A DNA stretch of 64,000 bases from Tubulanus polymorphus (Eukaryota > Animalia > Nemertea): the NCBI RefSeq assembly GCF_964204645.1, contig NC_134025.1:248001-312000 (forward strand). Direction: 5' to 3'. The notes beneath the pieces were generated by a model that ran no database searches, was not told the DNA's origin, and saw nothing but the letters and a program-made list of their open reading frames with translations. Shown piece after piece: positions 12,322-26,664 of the stretch (positions within the stretch are counted from its first letter, which is position 1; each line of letters starts with the position of its first letter). A program made the translations under genes and the position numbers.

Positions 12322-15300
12322 TTAATATCTACGATCACGACCTCCTCGGCCTCCGCGGGTCCTTCCCTGACCTCTCCCTCCTCCATAACCTCCTTCATGA
12401 GAAAATGCTTGATCAGGTTGCTGATAGCCCTGTTGAAATCCACCTCCCTGGCCATAACCTCCCTGGTTTTGGTTGTAACCTCCCTGACTATAACCTCCCT
12501 GGTTTTGACTATAACCTCTTTGGTTTTGGTTGTACCCTCCTTGACTATAACCGCCTTGGCTTTGACTGTAACCTCCTTGACTATAACCTCCCTGGTTTTG
12601 ACTGTAACCTCCCTGGTTTTGACTGTAACCTCCCTGGTTTTGGTTATGACCTCCCTGGTTTTGGTACTGGTTATAGCCGGTTTGATTTCTGCCGCCTTGC
12701 TGACCACCAGACCAGGATCCTTGTACGCGACCACCTCGGTCCCCACCTCCACCTCTTCCTCCTCTGCCTCCTCTATCTCCTCCCCCTCTGCCTCCTCTAT
12801 CTCCCCCCCCTCTGCCTCCTCTATCTCCTCCTCCTCTGCCTCCTCTATCAAACCCTCTACCGCCTCCACGACCTGCAATAGAAATGTTAACATGTATTCT
12901 GAGTGGAAGCTCGACCGTGTGAATTGTAAGTCAGTATTTTATGACTCTAACCTCCTCGACCAGAATCTTGTCTCTTCATAAATGATGGCATTTCAGGAGG
13001 AGGTGGTTCTAATTCCCAGGCTCTTCCACCGCGATCCGGTACCTGCAATTAAACATCATCTTGTTACGTTTATACCTGGTCTTAAAAACTGATGATTCCT
13101 AAAATAATCGCTTTAAGAATCAACAACCAGTTTAGAATTACAGAGTACATTTCCACTGTAGTTTGACGGTAGAGTTAGAATTTCCAATATTTTATCGCTG
13201 GGGTCATATTGCAACCTAAAACTGGGGTCTTGAACTGTGGAACTGGGTCGAGAAATGTGGAATTGGATCCTGAACTGTGGAAATGGGACCTGTAAATTAG
13301 TAATGTGGAACTAGGGATTGAACTGTGGAACTGGGACCTGTTAATTAGTAATGTGGAACTATGTCCTAAACTGTGGAACTGGATGCAGAGAGTAAACCAT
13401 TAGTTACCTTTCCGATAAGAACTCGATTTACAGCACATTTAGTGTTCTCTCTCGCTGTACCACTACTTGTCTTTTTTATTCGCGTCAGATCTTTAAAATT
13501 ATCAAACAAAAAAACATTATAAAAAATATTTCAAATTCTACAGTTGAAGATTTAAAGTTAGATACTAACCATCTCGAGCTGATAAAATACTAGCTATAGA
13601 TACATGTGATTTAGCATTCATTGTAGTTCGTAATGGTTGAAATACTGAAGCTATTTTATCTTCTTTTGCCTGAAATAAAACAAAACAAAATTTCATTTAT
13701 TACTGAGGCAAAAACTTCATAAACAGAGAACCCAGTAATGCAGACTGAAAGTGGCCTGGAACCTTCACATTTACGACCATTATTGGCCTTTAAAGTCAGC
13801 ACTGTGCATCTGGGGCCAGTTACACAGTCGTGACTTAAGTCCATAAGTGGTCTTATATCTTAAGACTGATCTTAAGTCGTTAGATCAGCTATAGAACTAA
13901 ATTGGTCTTAGAATCGTCTTAAGTCTAAGCTATGACTATGCAACCGGCCCTTGGACACATGAAGTAAATCTATTTAGACAAACCTTGGCACGTTCAGACC
14001 ACATAAACGACTGTATTGTAACATCTAATCGTTTTAACACCATTTCACGTCTCAACTGATATTCCTCCGTTAAAGCACTGTTTATTGACATTAAATGATT
14101 CCATTGTTTCTCTGACAACCGACAATTCAATAACGGTTTCCCTAAGTAATCCGTAGGAAGAGACGCCATTAATTCTTTAACCTGAAATTCGAAAAAAAAT
14201 TCAAAATAAATCGATTGTTTCTCACAGAAATACAGATGCGAAACGAGTGAGATTTACGAACCTTGGATTCAATCTTTGAGAAGAGTTTAAACGGAGTGAT
14301 ATCTGCAGGAGGTTTCGGAAATCTTAAAGCCATACACGCCAATTTCAAATGTGCAGCTACTTCACTTTCAGCCTAATACATAAAATACATGCTACAGTGA
14401 AATGAACTAACTCTAACTCAAAATTAACTCTAAATCACCACTGTGGAATCATATTCAAACAAAGAAATTTATAACTAGCTTCATAATATCAGTGACTAAC
14501 CAGTTACCCGGTACACAGTTCTGGCGCTGCAGTTGTTCAAAAGTTGATAATAATAACTTTTACCTTTGAGCAATTGCAGCCCAAGGAGATACGTGAGATA
14601 CACTCATTGAAAATGTACTCATTTCAACTCACAATCTCAAAAACTGGATGTTGATATCATGATGTTTTTAATATACAGTAAAACCGATGTAATTCGGATC
14701 AGTTTGATACGGATTTCAATTTAATCCCGATGAATGATCTGAATTAAGCTGGTTCTAGTGTGAAATCAATTACCTGCATTTCAACCTGTTGAGCTTTAGT
14801 AAGAAGATGTGGTTTAGTATCGGCTATAATACGACAAGCGCACAACTCGGATTGTAAAAAATCTGAAAATATCAAACATTAAATCTCAAGGGCGGGGTCT
14901 GATCCTTTTCCTACACATAACTAACATTTGTGGAATTTCAATGAGAGATAATCTCAATTTTGTACCTAAAAGTTGTAGGCGTGATTCACGTGTGGATAAT
15001 CTATCATTAATCGGACCTTCGATCAGAGCACCATGTGGACAACCTACAACAATCAAAATCAGTTCATCCTAAATCATTCAAATATTACTTAATTCATTCC
15101 AAATGTTCAAATACAAACCATATTCACGGAGAAATCCACTTAATTCTAATAGAAATGTTCCAGCATCACTGCTATCTGAAAATATACACAAAATATATTC
15201 CATAACAATAATCATTCACTGGACCCATATAACTACTGCATAGCCAAGTGCTGAATATCGTTATACCTTACATTGACAAAAATGCAGGGTTCAGGCTGAG

Positions 15301-15792
15301 GGGTCAGCAGGGTACAGGCTGAGGGGTGAACAGGGTTCAGGCTGAGGGGTTAGCAAGGTCCAGGCTGAGGGGTCAGCAGGGTCCAGGCTGAGGCCAGGGG
15401 TCAACACGGTCCAGGCTGAGGGGTCAGCAGGGTCCAGGCTGAGGGGTCAGCAGGGTCCAGGCTGAGGGGTCAGCAGGGTTCAGGCTGAGTAGAGTAGTAA
15501 TATATTTACCTATGACAGCATTAACTGTGTCCTCAATAGAATTATAAACAGCTAACTGTTTGACCAACCATTCAACTAATTGAGTATAAGCTATTGATCT
15601 GGGCCCCTCTTCTAATGCTTTCTCTAACGCTCCATCTTCAACAAGAGCGCCTTGATACCTACAAATAAACACCATCACAATAAATACCGAACGATTATTG
15701 TCTGAAAACATCTATTTGCAGAGAAAACATTGTTTATAAATATTCCACACGAACCCTAAATCTTCTAAAGTGTCCAGAATATCATTCTCCAT
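12322..15792 (-). CDS. FAM98A: FAM98 family protein (tRNA-splicing ligase complex subunit), 514 aa, 11 exons
   Basis: Exons (minus): 15792-15755, 15658-15510, 15175-15119, 15043-14966, 14862-14774, 14372-14262, 14181-13984, 13669-13570, 13490-13408, 13042-12952, 12872-12322. All introns are GT-AG with consistent phases (1545 nt). Motifs MENDILDTLEDLGYQGAL, EEYQLRREMVLKRLDVTIQSFMWSERAK, VPDRGGRAWELEPPPPEMP and an RGG-rich tail match FAM98. Probably co-orthologous to FAM98A/B/C. Confidence 0.93.
13813..13950. mobile_element. MITE family A (PIF/Harbinger-like) in a FAM98 intron
   Basis: Imperfect TIRs GGGCCAGTTACACAGTCGTG ... TATGACTATGCAACCGGCCC, 3-bp flanks CTG/TTG; related to 18614-18752. 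Confidence 0.75.
15285..15490. repeat. 23-bp GC-rich minisatellite in FAM98 intron 2
   Basis: About 9 copies of CAGCAGGGTCCAGGCTGAGGGGT. Confidence 0.85.
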
Positions 15793-15835
15793 GTTTCAAT
15801 GATGTTTTACAATCAATTAATCGCTGCAAATTAAG

Positions 15836-16980
15836 TCTTAATCGGCAAAAACCGCATCAATCAGGGACATCTGATAAATGTGGAAAGCTGTTACCGGCTG
15901 GTGCTGCCACCTACAACAAGATTTTTAATTTTAGTTTTAACAAAAAGCTGGTGCATTTTAACAGCTTAGGAGGTTATCATAGGCAGTGGGGTATCTAACG
16001 GCATAGCGCCACGTGGTTTAGAACGACCTATTCTCGACCGGGCGGATGTGGCGCAAAGAGTTGACTTCACCTTTAAAGCATGCACCTGCAGCGTTTCAGC
16101 CCATGCAATATAAAATGATAACTTATTGTGCCGAAACGGTGACAAATGACACCGGTGACATTAATTGACCTTAATGGATAATGAAGTTATTATTCATGCT
16201 GCATTTACGATGCGGGTAGAATGGCAAAAAATCTTAATCGTAAAAACCGGCATCAATCAGGGACATCTGATAAATATGGAAAGCTGTTACCGTGTGGTGC
16301 TGCCACCTAGAACAAGATTTTTAATTTTAGTTTTAACAAAAAGCTGGTGCATTTTAACAGCTTAGGAGGTTATCATAGGCAATGGGGTAACTAACGGTAT
16401 AGCGCCACGTGGTTTAGAATGACCTATTCTCGACCGGGCGGATGTGGCGCAAAGAGTTAACTTCACCTTTAAAGCATGCACCTGCAGCGTTTCAGCCCAT
16501 GCAATATAAAATGATAACTTGTTGTGCCGAAACGGTGACAAATGACACCGGGGACATTAATTGACGTTAATGGATAATGAAGTTATTATTCATGCTGCAT
16601 TTACGATGCGGGTAGAATCGCAAAAAATCTTAATCGTCAAAACCGGCATCAATCAGGGACATCTGATAAATGTGGAAAGCTGTTACCGTGTGGTGCTGTC
16701 ACCTACAACAGGTTTTTTCATTTTAGTTTTAACAGCTTAGAATGTTATCGCGGGTAACGGGGTATCTAACGGTATAGCGCCACGTGGTTTAGAATGACCT
16801 ATTCTCGACTGGGCGGACGTGGCGCAAAGAGTTAACCACCTTTTAAGCATGCACCTGCAGCGTTTCAGACCATGCCATATAAAATAATAACTTAATGTGC
16901 CGAAACGGTGACAAATGACAGCGGTGACATTCAAAGGATTAATGAAGTTACTATTCATGCTGCACTTCTGATACGGGTTG
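15836..16980. repeat. Tandem triplication of a ~396-bp unit filling the FAM98/PSMD8 divergent promoter region
   Basis: Units start at 15836, 16232 and 16628 (TCTTAATCG..AAAACCG.CATCAATCAGGGACATCTGATAAAT); the third copy is shorter and more diverged. Confidence 0.92.
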
Positions 16981-17284
16981 AGTTGAAATAATAGCCTGGT
17001 CTGGAATCCATCTGTACCGGACATCGTTAATAGTCAATAGTATTCACCACTCGCGACAATCGGTTATCACGGCACTTCGTCATCTTCCTGTATAAATAAG
17101 TATATTTCTACATATGGCACCCATCCAAAATTGCGTAGGTTATTGAGATAAGTCATTAAAAACTGCATTAAGTTTAGACTGGTTGTCGGTCTATGTTATT
17201 GGACTGGCAACGTGACACCAGGTCCTCACACCAAGCGTTCTCGCGCGCGGTAAATGTCTTCGTAACCGCAGTAAACCGGTTAAA

Positions 17285-19854
17285 ATGGCGTCTCTGAAAC
17301 AAGTAGTGTCTATGTATCAAAATCTAACTCAAGAATGGAACAGGAAGCCTTCTAATTATGAGAAATGTGGAGTCCTATTGAAGAAACTGAAGGTGAGATT
17401 AATTTAGCTTGGTTCCAGTCTATCCATCGCAATCTACTGGATCTACTCAATATCGCTGTTTCATTCTCCCAAAAATTGTTTAGTCACTCTCTCACCTGGA
17501 GGCTGGACCTCTCTCCCCCTAGTCTGAATACTACCAGTCGTTGTTAGGGTTCCGTACAACGAACAACGGCTAGGTACTAGACTACTCTCCCCCACTCTCC
17601 TCCTCTCCTCCCCCACTCTCCTCTTTCCCTCATTGGCCACTCTCCTCTCTTCCCCACTCTCCTCTCTCCCCCACTCTCCTCTCTCCCCAGGTCAGGATCA
17701 GTACATTCACTGACTCACTCCTCTCTACTTTCAGGTTGCATTAACGAGTTTAACATTTCTTCCAACCAGTGATTCAAATGCTACAAAACAAGAATTATTA
17801 GTTGCTAGTAAGTAGAGAGAAATCGATTACTCACTGAGTTGAGTACTGACGACACTGAACTGCTTTATCAGTTCTTCCATCTAAACTACTGAACTTCAAC
17901 TGCTGGCTCAGGTCGGCCAGATAGTCGACACCCAACTTCTCCAGCCTCAGCTACTGAGATTGAAATCCAAATTTAAACTTGTATTTCAGGAGATATATTA
18001 GAGATCGGAGCTCAATGGGCGATCGCGGTTAAAGATATTCCAGCGTTCGAAAGATACCTGGCGCAATTAAAGAGTTATTATTTGGATTATCGGTAAGTTT
18101 CACAGACAGGTCAGAGTGTTCACAGGTCAGCGGGTTGACAGGTCTGACTGATTGATTGGCCAGATTGACAGTTCAGCACATTGACAGGTCGGCATGTTGA
18201 CAAGTATTGTAGTAATTGAATATATATTAATTGATTGTTTCAGCGATGATCTACCAGAATCTGCTTACAAATATCAGTTGCTTGGTTTGAATTTATTGTG
18301 TTTACTTTCACAAAACCGTCTTGCAGAATTTCACACTGTAAGTTCTTATTCATACTCCGTTCTCAGGATCTGATTCTGAATTCCTTTTTTCACCATAATT
18401 AGAATTGTATTTAAATTGATTGATGTTTTTAGGAACTTGAATTATTGCCGGCTAAAGAACTACAATCAAATATCTATATAAAACACCCAGTGTCGATGGA
18501 ACAATATCTCATGGAAGGAAGCTATAATAAAGTAAATATTCTTTCATTTATTATTCTGTATTTACTGTAACCAAAAGCAAAAGTTTTGGGTGTTTTTCGA
18601 TTGCGCTCTGCAGGAGCCAGTTGCATAGTCATGGTTTAGACTTAAGACCAGTCTAAGGCCAACTCAATTCCATAGCCAATCTAACAACTTAAAGACCAGT
18701 CTTAAGATTTAAGATCACTTTTGGACTGAATTCACGACTGTGCAACTGGCCCCAGGAAGAGGAATTTTGGGCGTTTTTTGATTGCGCTCTTCTGGAAGAG
18801 GAATTTTCTCCTTTGATTGCTTTGATTAGAAGTTTCTGCCCCCTAATTCTCATGCCTCAGATATCTGTTTCTTCCAGAAGAGCACATTCGAAAACGGCCT
18901 TATTTGAGGTGATCATTTTATCTAAAGTTACAAATAATTTTACATTCGTTTTCCATATTTCAGGTATTTTTAGCGAGAGGTAATGTTCCAGCTGAAAGTT
19001 ACAATTTCTTCATAGACATTTTACTCGATACAATCAGGTAACTTCACTCACTTAGAGAAACTGATATTAAACAAACTGTTACTGTATTACAGATGATTTT
19101 GTTGTTATATTTTCAGGGATGAAATCGCAGGATGTTTAGAGAAAGCTTATGAAAAAATAGCGTTTTCTGAAGCCAGACGAATGTTATATTTTGAATCTGA
19201 GAAACAAATGAAGGATTACGCAACTGGGGTCAGTTTAAACTCTTAAGTTCAGTAGTTCATGAATTCAACTTTATTTGGGCCGGTTCAAACATTACATAGG
19301 TTATGCTGATTGTTTACCCTCTCCCTTCCCCTCCCTCTAATCCACAGTTAGATTATCTAGATCACTGCTCCCTCTAGTGGAGTTATCCCTAATTAGACTA
19401 TCTAGATCACTGCTCCCTCTAGTTGAGTTATCCCTAATTAGACTATCTAGATCACTGCTCCCTCTAGTTGAGTTATCCCTTATTGTATTATCTAGATCAC
19501 TGCTCCCTCTAGTGGAGTAATCCCTAATTGTATTATCTAGATCACTGCTCCCTCTAGTGAAGACAGTAGATATTTATAAATGAAGTGTTTATTGAACCCG
19601 GAACTCAGTGATTTATTGACGTCATTATGATAGTGAATATCAGTGTCTATAGTTCAAAGTCTAACGTGTCAAATACACAGGATTCATTCTGTGAAACTGT
19701 TTATTATATTTTGTTATAGCGCGGTTGGAAATTGGGATCGAATAAATATTTCAAGTTTCATCACGAAGAGAAGAAAACTGAGGAGATTGTTCCAGCTTGT
19801 GATTTAGCTAAACAGGCGATAGAATACGCTCGAGAACTGGAAATGATTGTATAA
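17285..19854 (+). CDS. PSMD8: 26S proteasome non-ATPase regulatory subunit 8 (Rpn12), 265 aa, 8 exons
   Basis: Exons: 17285-17392, 17735-17807, 17990-18092, 18244-18337, 18433-18531, 18964-19037, 19117-19228, 19720-19854, all GT-AG and in phase (798 nt). Motifs [73 protein letters not shown] at 19906-19911. Confidence 0.97.
18614..18752. mobile_element. MITE family A (PIF/Harbinger-like) in PSMD8 intron 5
   Basis: TIRs GAGCCAGTTGCATAGTC ... GACTGTGCAACTGGCCC with a CAG/CAG target-site duplication. It interrupts one copy of a locally duplicated sequence, so the empty site is visible alongside. Confidence 0.85.
19348..19560. repeat. 45-bp minisatellite x5 in PSMD8 intron 7 carrying a CTCF-like motif
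   Basis: TCTAGATCACTGCTCCCTCTAGT at 19356, 19401, 19446, 19491, 19536; the reverse complement of copies 1 and 4 reads CCACTAGAGGGAGCAGT. Confidence 0.85.
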
Positions 19855-20063
19855 AAACTATGTTCCGAGTTCTATCTGTGTAAATACTGTATTTATATTT
19901 CACTCAATAAATAATCTAATTGTATTGTGAAAATATTTTAGTTTTCTCCCAGTTTTTGCGAGAGTTTTAATGAGGAGCGCAAGAATAGGAACGGAGTATA
20001 GGAATCGGAGTCATGCGCCCATGACCTCATCACTTATCAATGACTTCATGTGGCACTCGACAC

Positions 20064-20213
20064 CACAGGGGCTCGTATCAGAGTTGTAGGTAATTTAAAA
20101 ACGATAATCTGTTAATCCAATGTATATAGTATATTATTTTATATATACTATAGACATTGGATTAACAGATTATCGTTTTTACATTACCTACAACTCTGAT
20201 ACGAGCCCCTGTG
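20064..20213. mobile_element. 150-bp palindromic MITE with 8-bp TSD (P-element- or hAT-like)
   Basis: Near-perfect ~69-bp arms CACAGGGGCTCGTATCAGAG ... CTCTGATACGAGCCCCTGTG; flanks CTCGACAC (20056-20063) and TTCGACAC (20214-20221). Confidence 0.85.
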
Positions 20214-20468
20214 TTCGACACTGAGATATCTCGAACTAATTGAAAATAACTAAGTACTGCATATACTATATACTAATATCAATCATCCACCTGCTGCAGG
20301 GAAGGAATAAAGTTAGCGGTTGTTCTAACTGCAGATTGATTTGTATCCAGCTACGTTTGAAATAGATACGGTTTACTTTTATAAACCTACGAAATTTATC
20401 TTCCTAGGAATAAAAATACGATACATTACGGGATTCGAACCCTAACCACTGCGTCATCAGTTGGCTGA

Positions 20469-20503
20469 TGACGTCATGCCGTGCGCCATCTGTGGCATGT
20501 GAC
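20469..20503 (+). promoter_or_regulatory. LC3C proximal promoter motifs: CRE, CTCF-like site, MiT/TFE-type E-box
   Basis: TGACGTCA 20469-20476, GCGCCATCTGTGG 20483-20495, CATGTGAC 20496-20503, about 120-155 bp upstream of the ATG. Confidence 0.5.
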
Positions 20504-20624
20504 CCGCATTCAGCTCTGTGAGTATAGTCGTCGCATAGAGCGCTACTGTGTATAGACAGGTTAATACGAGGAATAAAGAGGAATAGGATCTCACTGATTC
20601 CATACATACTAATATACACTCATA

Positions 20625-24522
<3,898 letters not shown>

Positions 24523-25227
24523 GACTGTAATCTGATTGGATGGATTTAAAACGATACACAGTTGATACTCGTCGTCTCGAGTCACTGCTCGGCCGCCGCC
24601 GCTGTGGAGGATGAGGGCGATGACCTGAACGTGAATAATGACTCTTTAAAACACATTCCAGTCTGATATATATTTATCCGAATTATTGGTGCTTTATATA
24701 TGTATATATTACACAGTGTATGTTATTCATTATTATAAGTTCACTCAACCCCGACCCTAACCCTTATAATTCTACAAAAACAGAATCGACAAATATTGTG
24801 GATGTTGAACCAAGAACTCTAACTCTCTGACGCAGATTGCTCAGCTATTGTTAAGGGGAAGCTTGGGGGAAATTAATTTCGATTTTCAGTTTCATGAACT
24901 GATATTTCAGTAATATTCATTAATTCTGAATGATTTGTGAAACTGAGCCCTTAATGTTTATTTCCCAAGCGTGAGAATTGCGTACAAAGAAAAAGAGGCA
25001 TTGATTGAAACAACTCTGTGTGGAAACTGAATTGAACAACTGATATCTGTAATACAGTCTCAAACTCTGTTCAGTCTTCATATCAATGAAGTGAAGAGGC
25101 TCAATTTATCAAATACTATTTAGTGTAAGACAATAATGTCAAGGCCCAAACTACAACAACTTCTGATAAATGAAGAAATCCCACGCTTCGAATTTGAAAT
25201 CATACTATCGAATTTATTATTACGAAA

Positions 25228-25269
25228 CCACAACGTTTCGGCTGTTGACTGACAGCCATCATCAGGTGG
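25228..25269 (-). ncRNA. Minimal type I hammerhead ribozyme motif (inverted copy)
   Basis: Reverse complement reads CCAC-CTGATGA-T-GGCTGTcagtcaACAGCC-GAAA-CGTT-GTGG. Confidence 0.75.
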
Positions 25270-25315
25270 AATGATTCCACCTGATGATGGCTGTCAGTCA
25301 ACAGCCATCATCATT

Positions 25316-25357
25316 CCACCTGATGATGGCTGTTAGTCAACAGCCGAAACGTTGTGG
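25316..25357 (+). ncRNA. Minimal type I hammerhead ribozyme motif
   Basis: CCAC-CTGATGA-T-GGCTGTT-agtc-AACAGCC-GAAA-CG-TT-GTGG: stem I CCAC/GTGG, core CUGAUGA and GAAA, 7-bp stem II, palindromic AACGTT helix III, GUU cleavage triplet (cut after 25353). Confidence 0.8.
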
Positions 25358-26664
25358 TTTCGTAATAATAAATTTGATAGTATAATTTCAAATTCGAATT
25401 GTGGGATTTCTTCATTTATCTACAGTTTACACGGATTATAGTGTTTATTCGACAACTACAACAACTTCTGTACAGGTTTAACCGTAAAACTCTGATGTAT
25501 AAATTGTACTATGATCTGATGGTAAGATGCTGGGCATTCTTATCTTCTGTATTATTATTATTATTATTATTATTATGATTATTATTATCGTAAGGTAACA
25601 TTGTGTGTAATCCTTCGTTGTAAGAAAAAGGAATTGTTAAATCAAAAAAAATGTTAAAAAGTTGTACAGTTAAAAAACATATTTCACACGATCTATCTAG
25701 ATCTATCTAAATTCAAACCGATTTGGAACTATTCGCAAAACTATATCTCCTTCTCTCAGTAGAGGCGGCTACCTAGTAAACCTTGGAACTGTCTAGTCGA
25801 TGACCTCAATTCAATACAATTTACCTTTATTTCAGGGAATTTTATTTATTCTTAAACAGAGTGTCATTTATAAGTCATCTATAACGGCTAACATTGTCAT
25901 TATGAAGGGTATTTTTGATCTTTCAATATTTTAAGAAATTTAGAATAGAAATCGCTTTGGTTGTTGAGCAATTTATAGTGAGCAATGTAATTGCAAATTA
26001 ATGATCTAGACTAAATTCTGAACTATATACGTGACGTTAAATACCAGGAAGTGAAGGTGATTTATGAAATGTCCTCGTTGAGACTTTATCTGATTCTACA
26101 TTCAGTCAAAACACTTGAGATAATTTCATTGTCCTAATGATTATCATATTATAATGACGTTAGTTGATTTCGGGCTTACTGCCAGTAATAACTGTCATAT
26201 ATAATTAATAGTTATAAACTATTGTTAGTTAACTATGAAGTAGGTACTTAACTGATCTGAATATTAAGTACTTAACTAATTTGGTTGTCTACTATTTACT
26301 TATCTATATCTGTACTAATCTAACAAATTACCTAATAATTTATGCGCATATAGTTATAATGATAATGTATTATATTTAAATATGATAATTTTTTGTAACC
26401 TGTGATAATTTTATTTGTGTCATGTTAAACTAACGTTGATCCATGACAATAAAAACTCTTTTTGCAAGTAATTATTTTCATGTTGACTTGTTATTCTGCA
26501 TCCAATATATTTTCACTGGCTGAACCTGTGGAGCCCCCTAGTACCCAGATTGGCACCCTGTCCCTCACTGTGGAAAGGTCTGAATGCAGTGACCGCAGTC
26601 TGATTGTGAAACAGTCAAACTGTGGCCCCCTGGTAACCAGGTGGTTAATATCTATGATAACAGG

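Larger units (their letters stand above)
25166..25453. mobile_element. Penelope-like retroelement remnant: inverted pseudo-LTR pair plus 3' tail, flanked by a 17-bp TSD
   Basis: AACTACAACAACTTCTG at 25149-25165 and 25454-25470; ~110-bp inverted arms 25165-25274 and 25311-25420; unpaired 33-nt extension 25421-25453; hammerhead motifs inside. No RT/endonuclease ORF is present, so the class assignment rests on architecture. Confidence 0.8.

Noticed and set aside
12174-12981. ORF-track proteins of 239, 190 and 194 aa
   Set aside because: Alternative frames of the repetitive FAM98 last exon; splice phase fixes the RGG/GYSQ frame ending at 12322.
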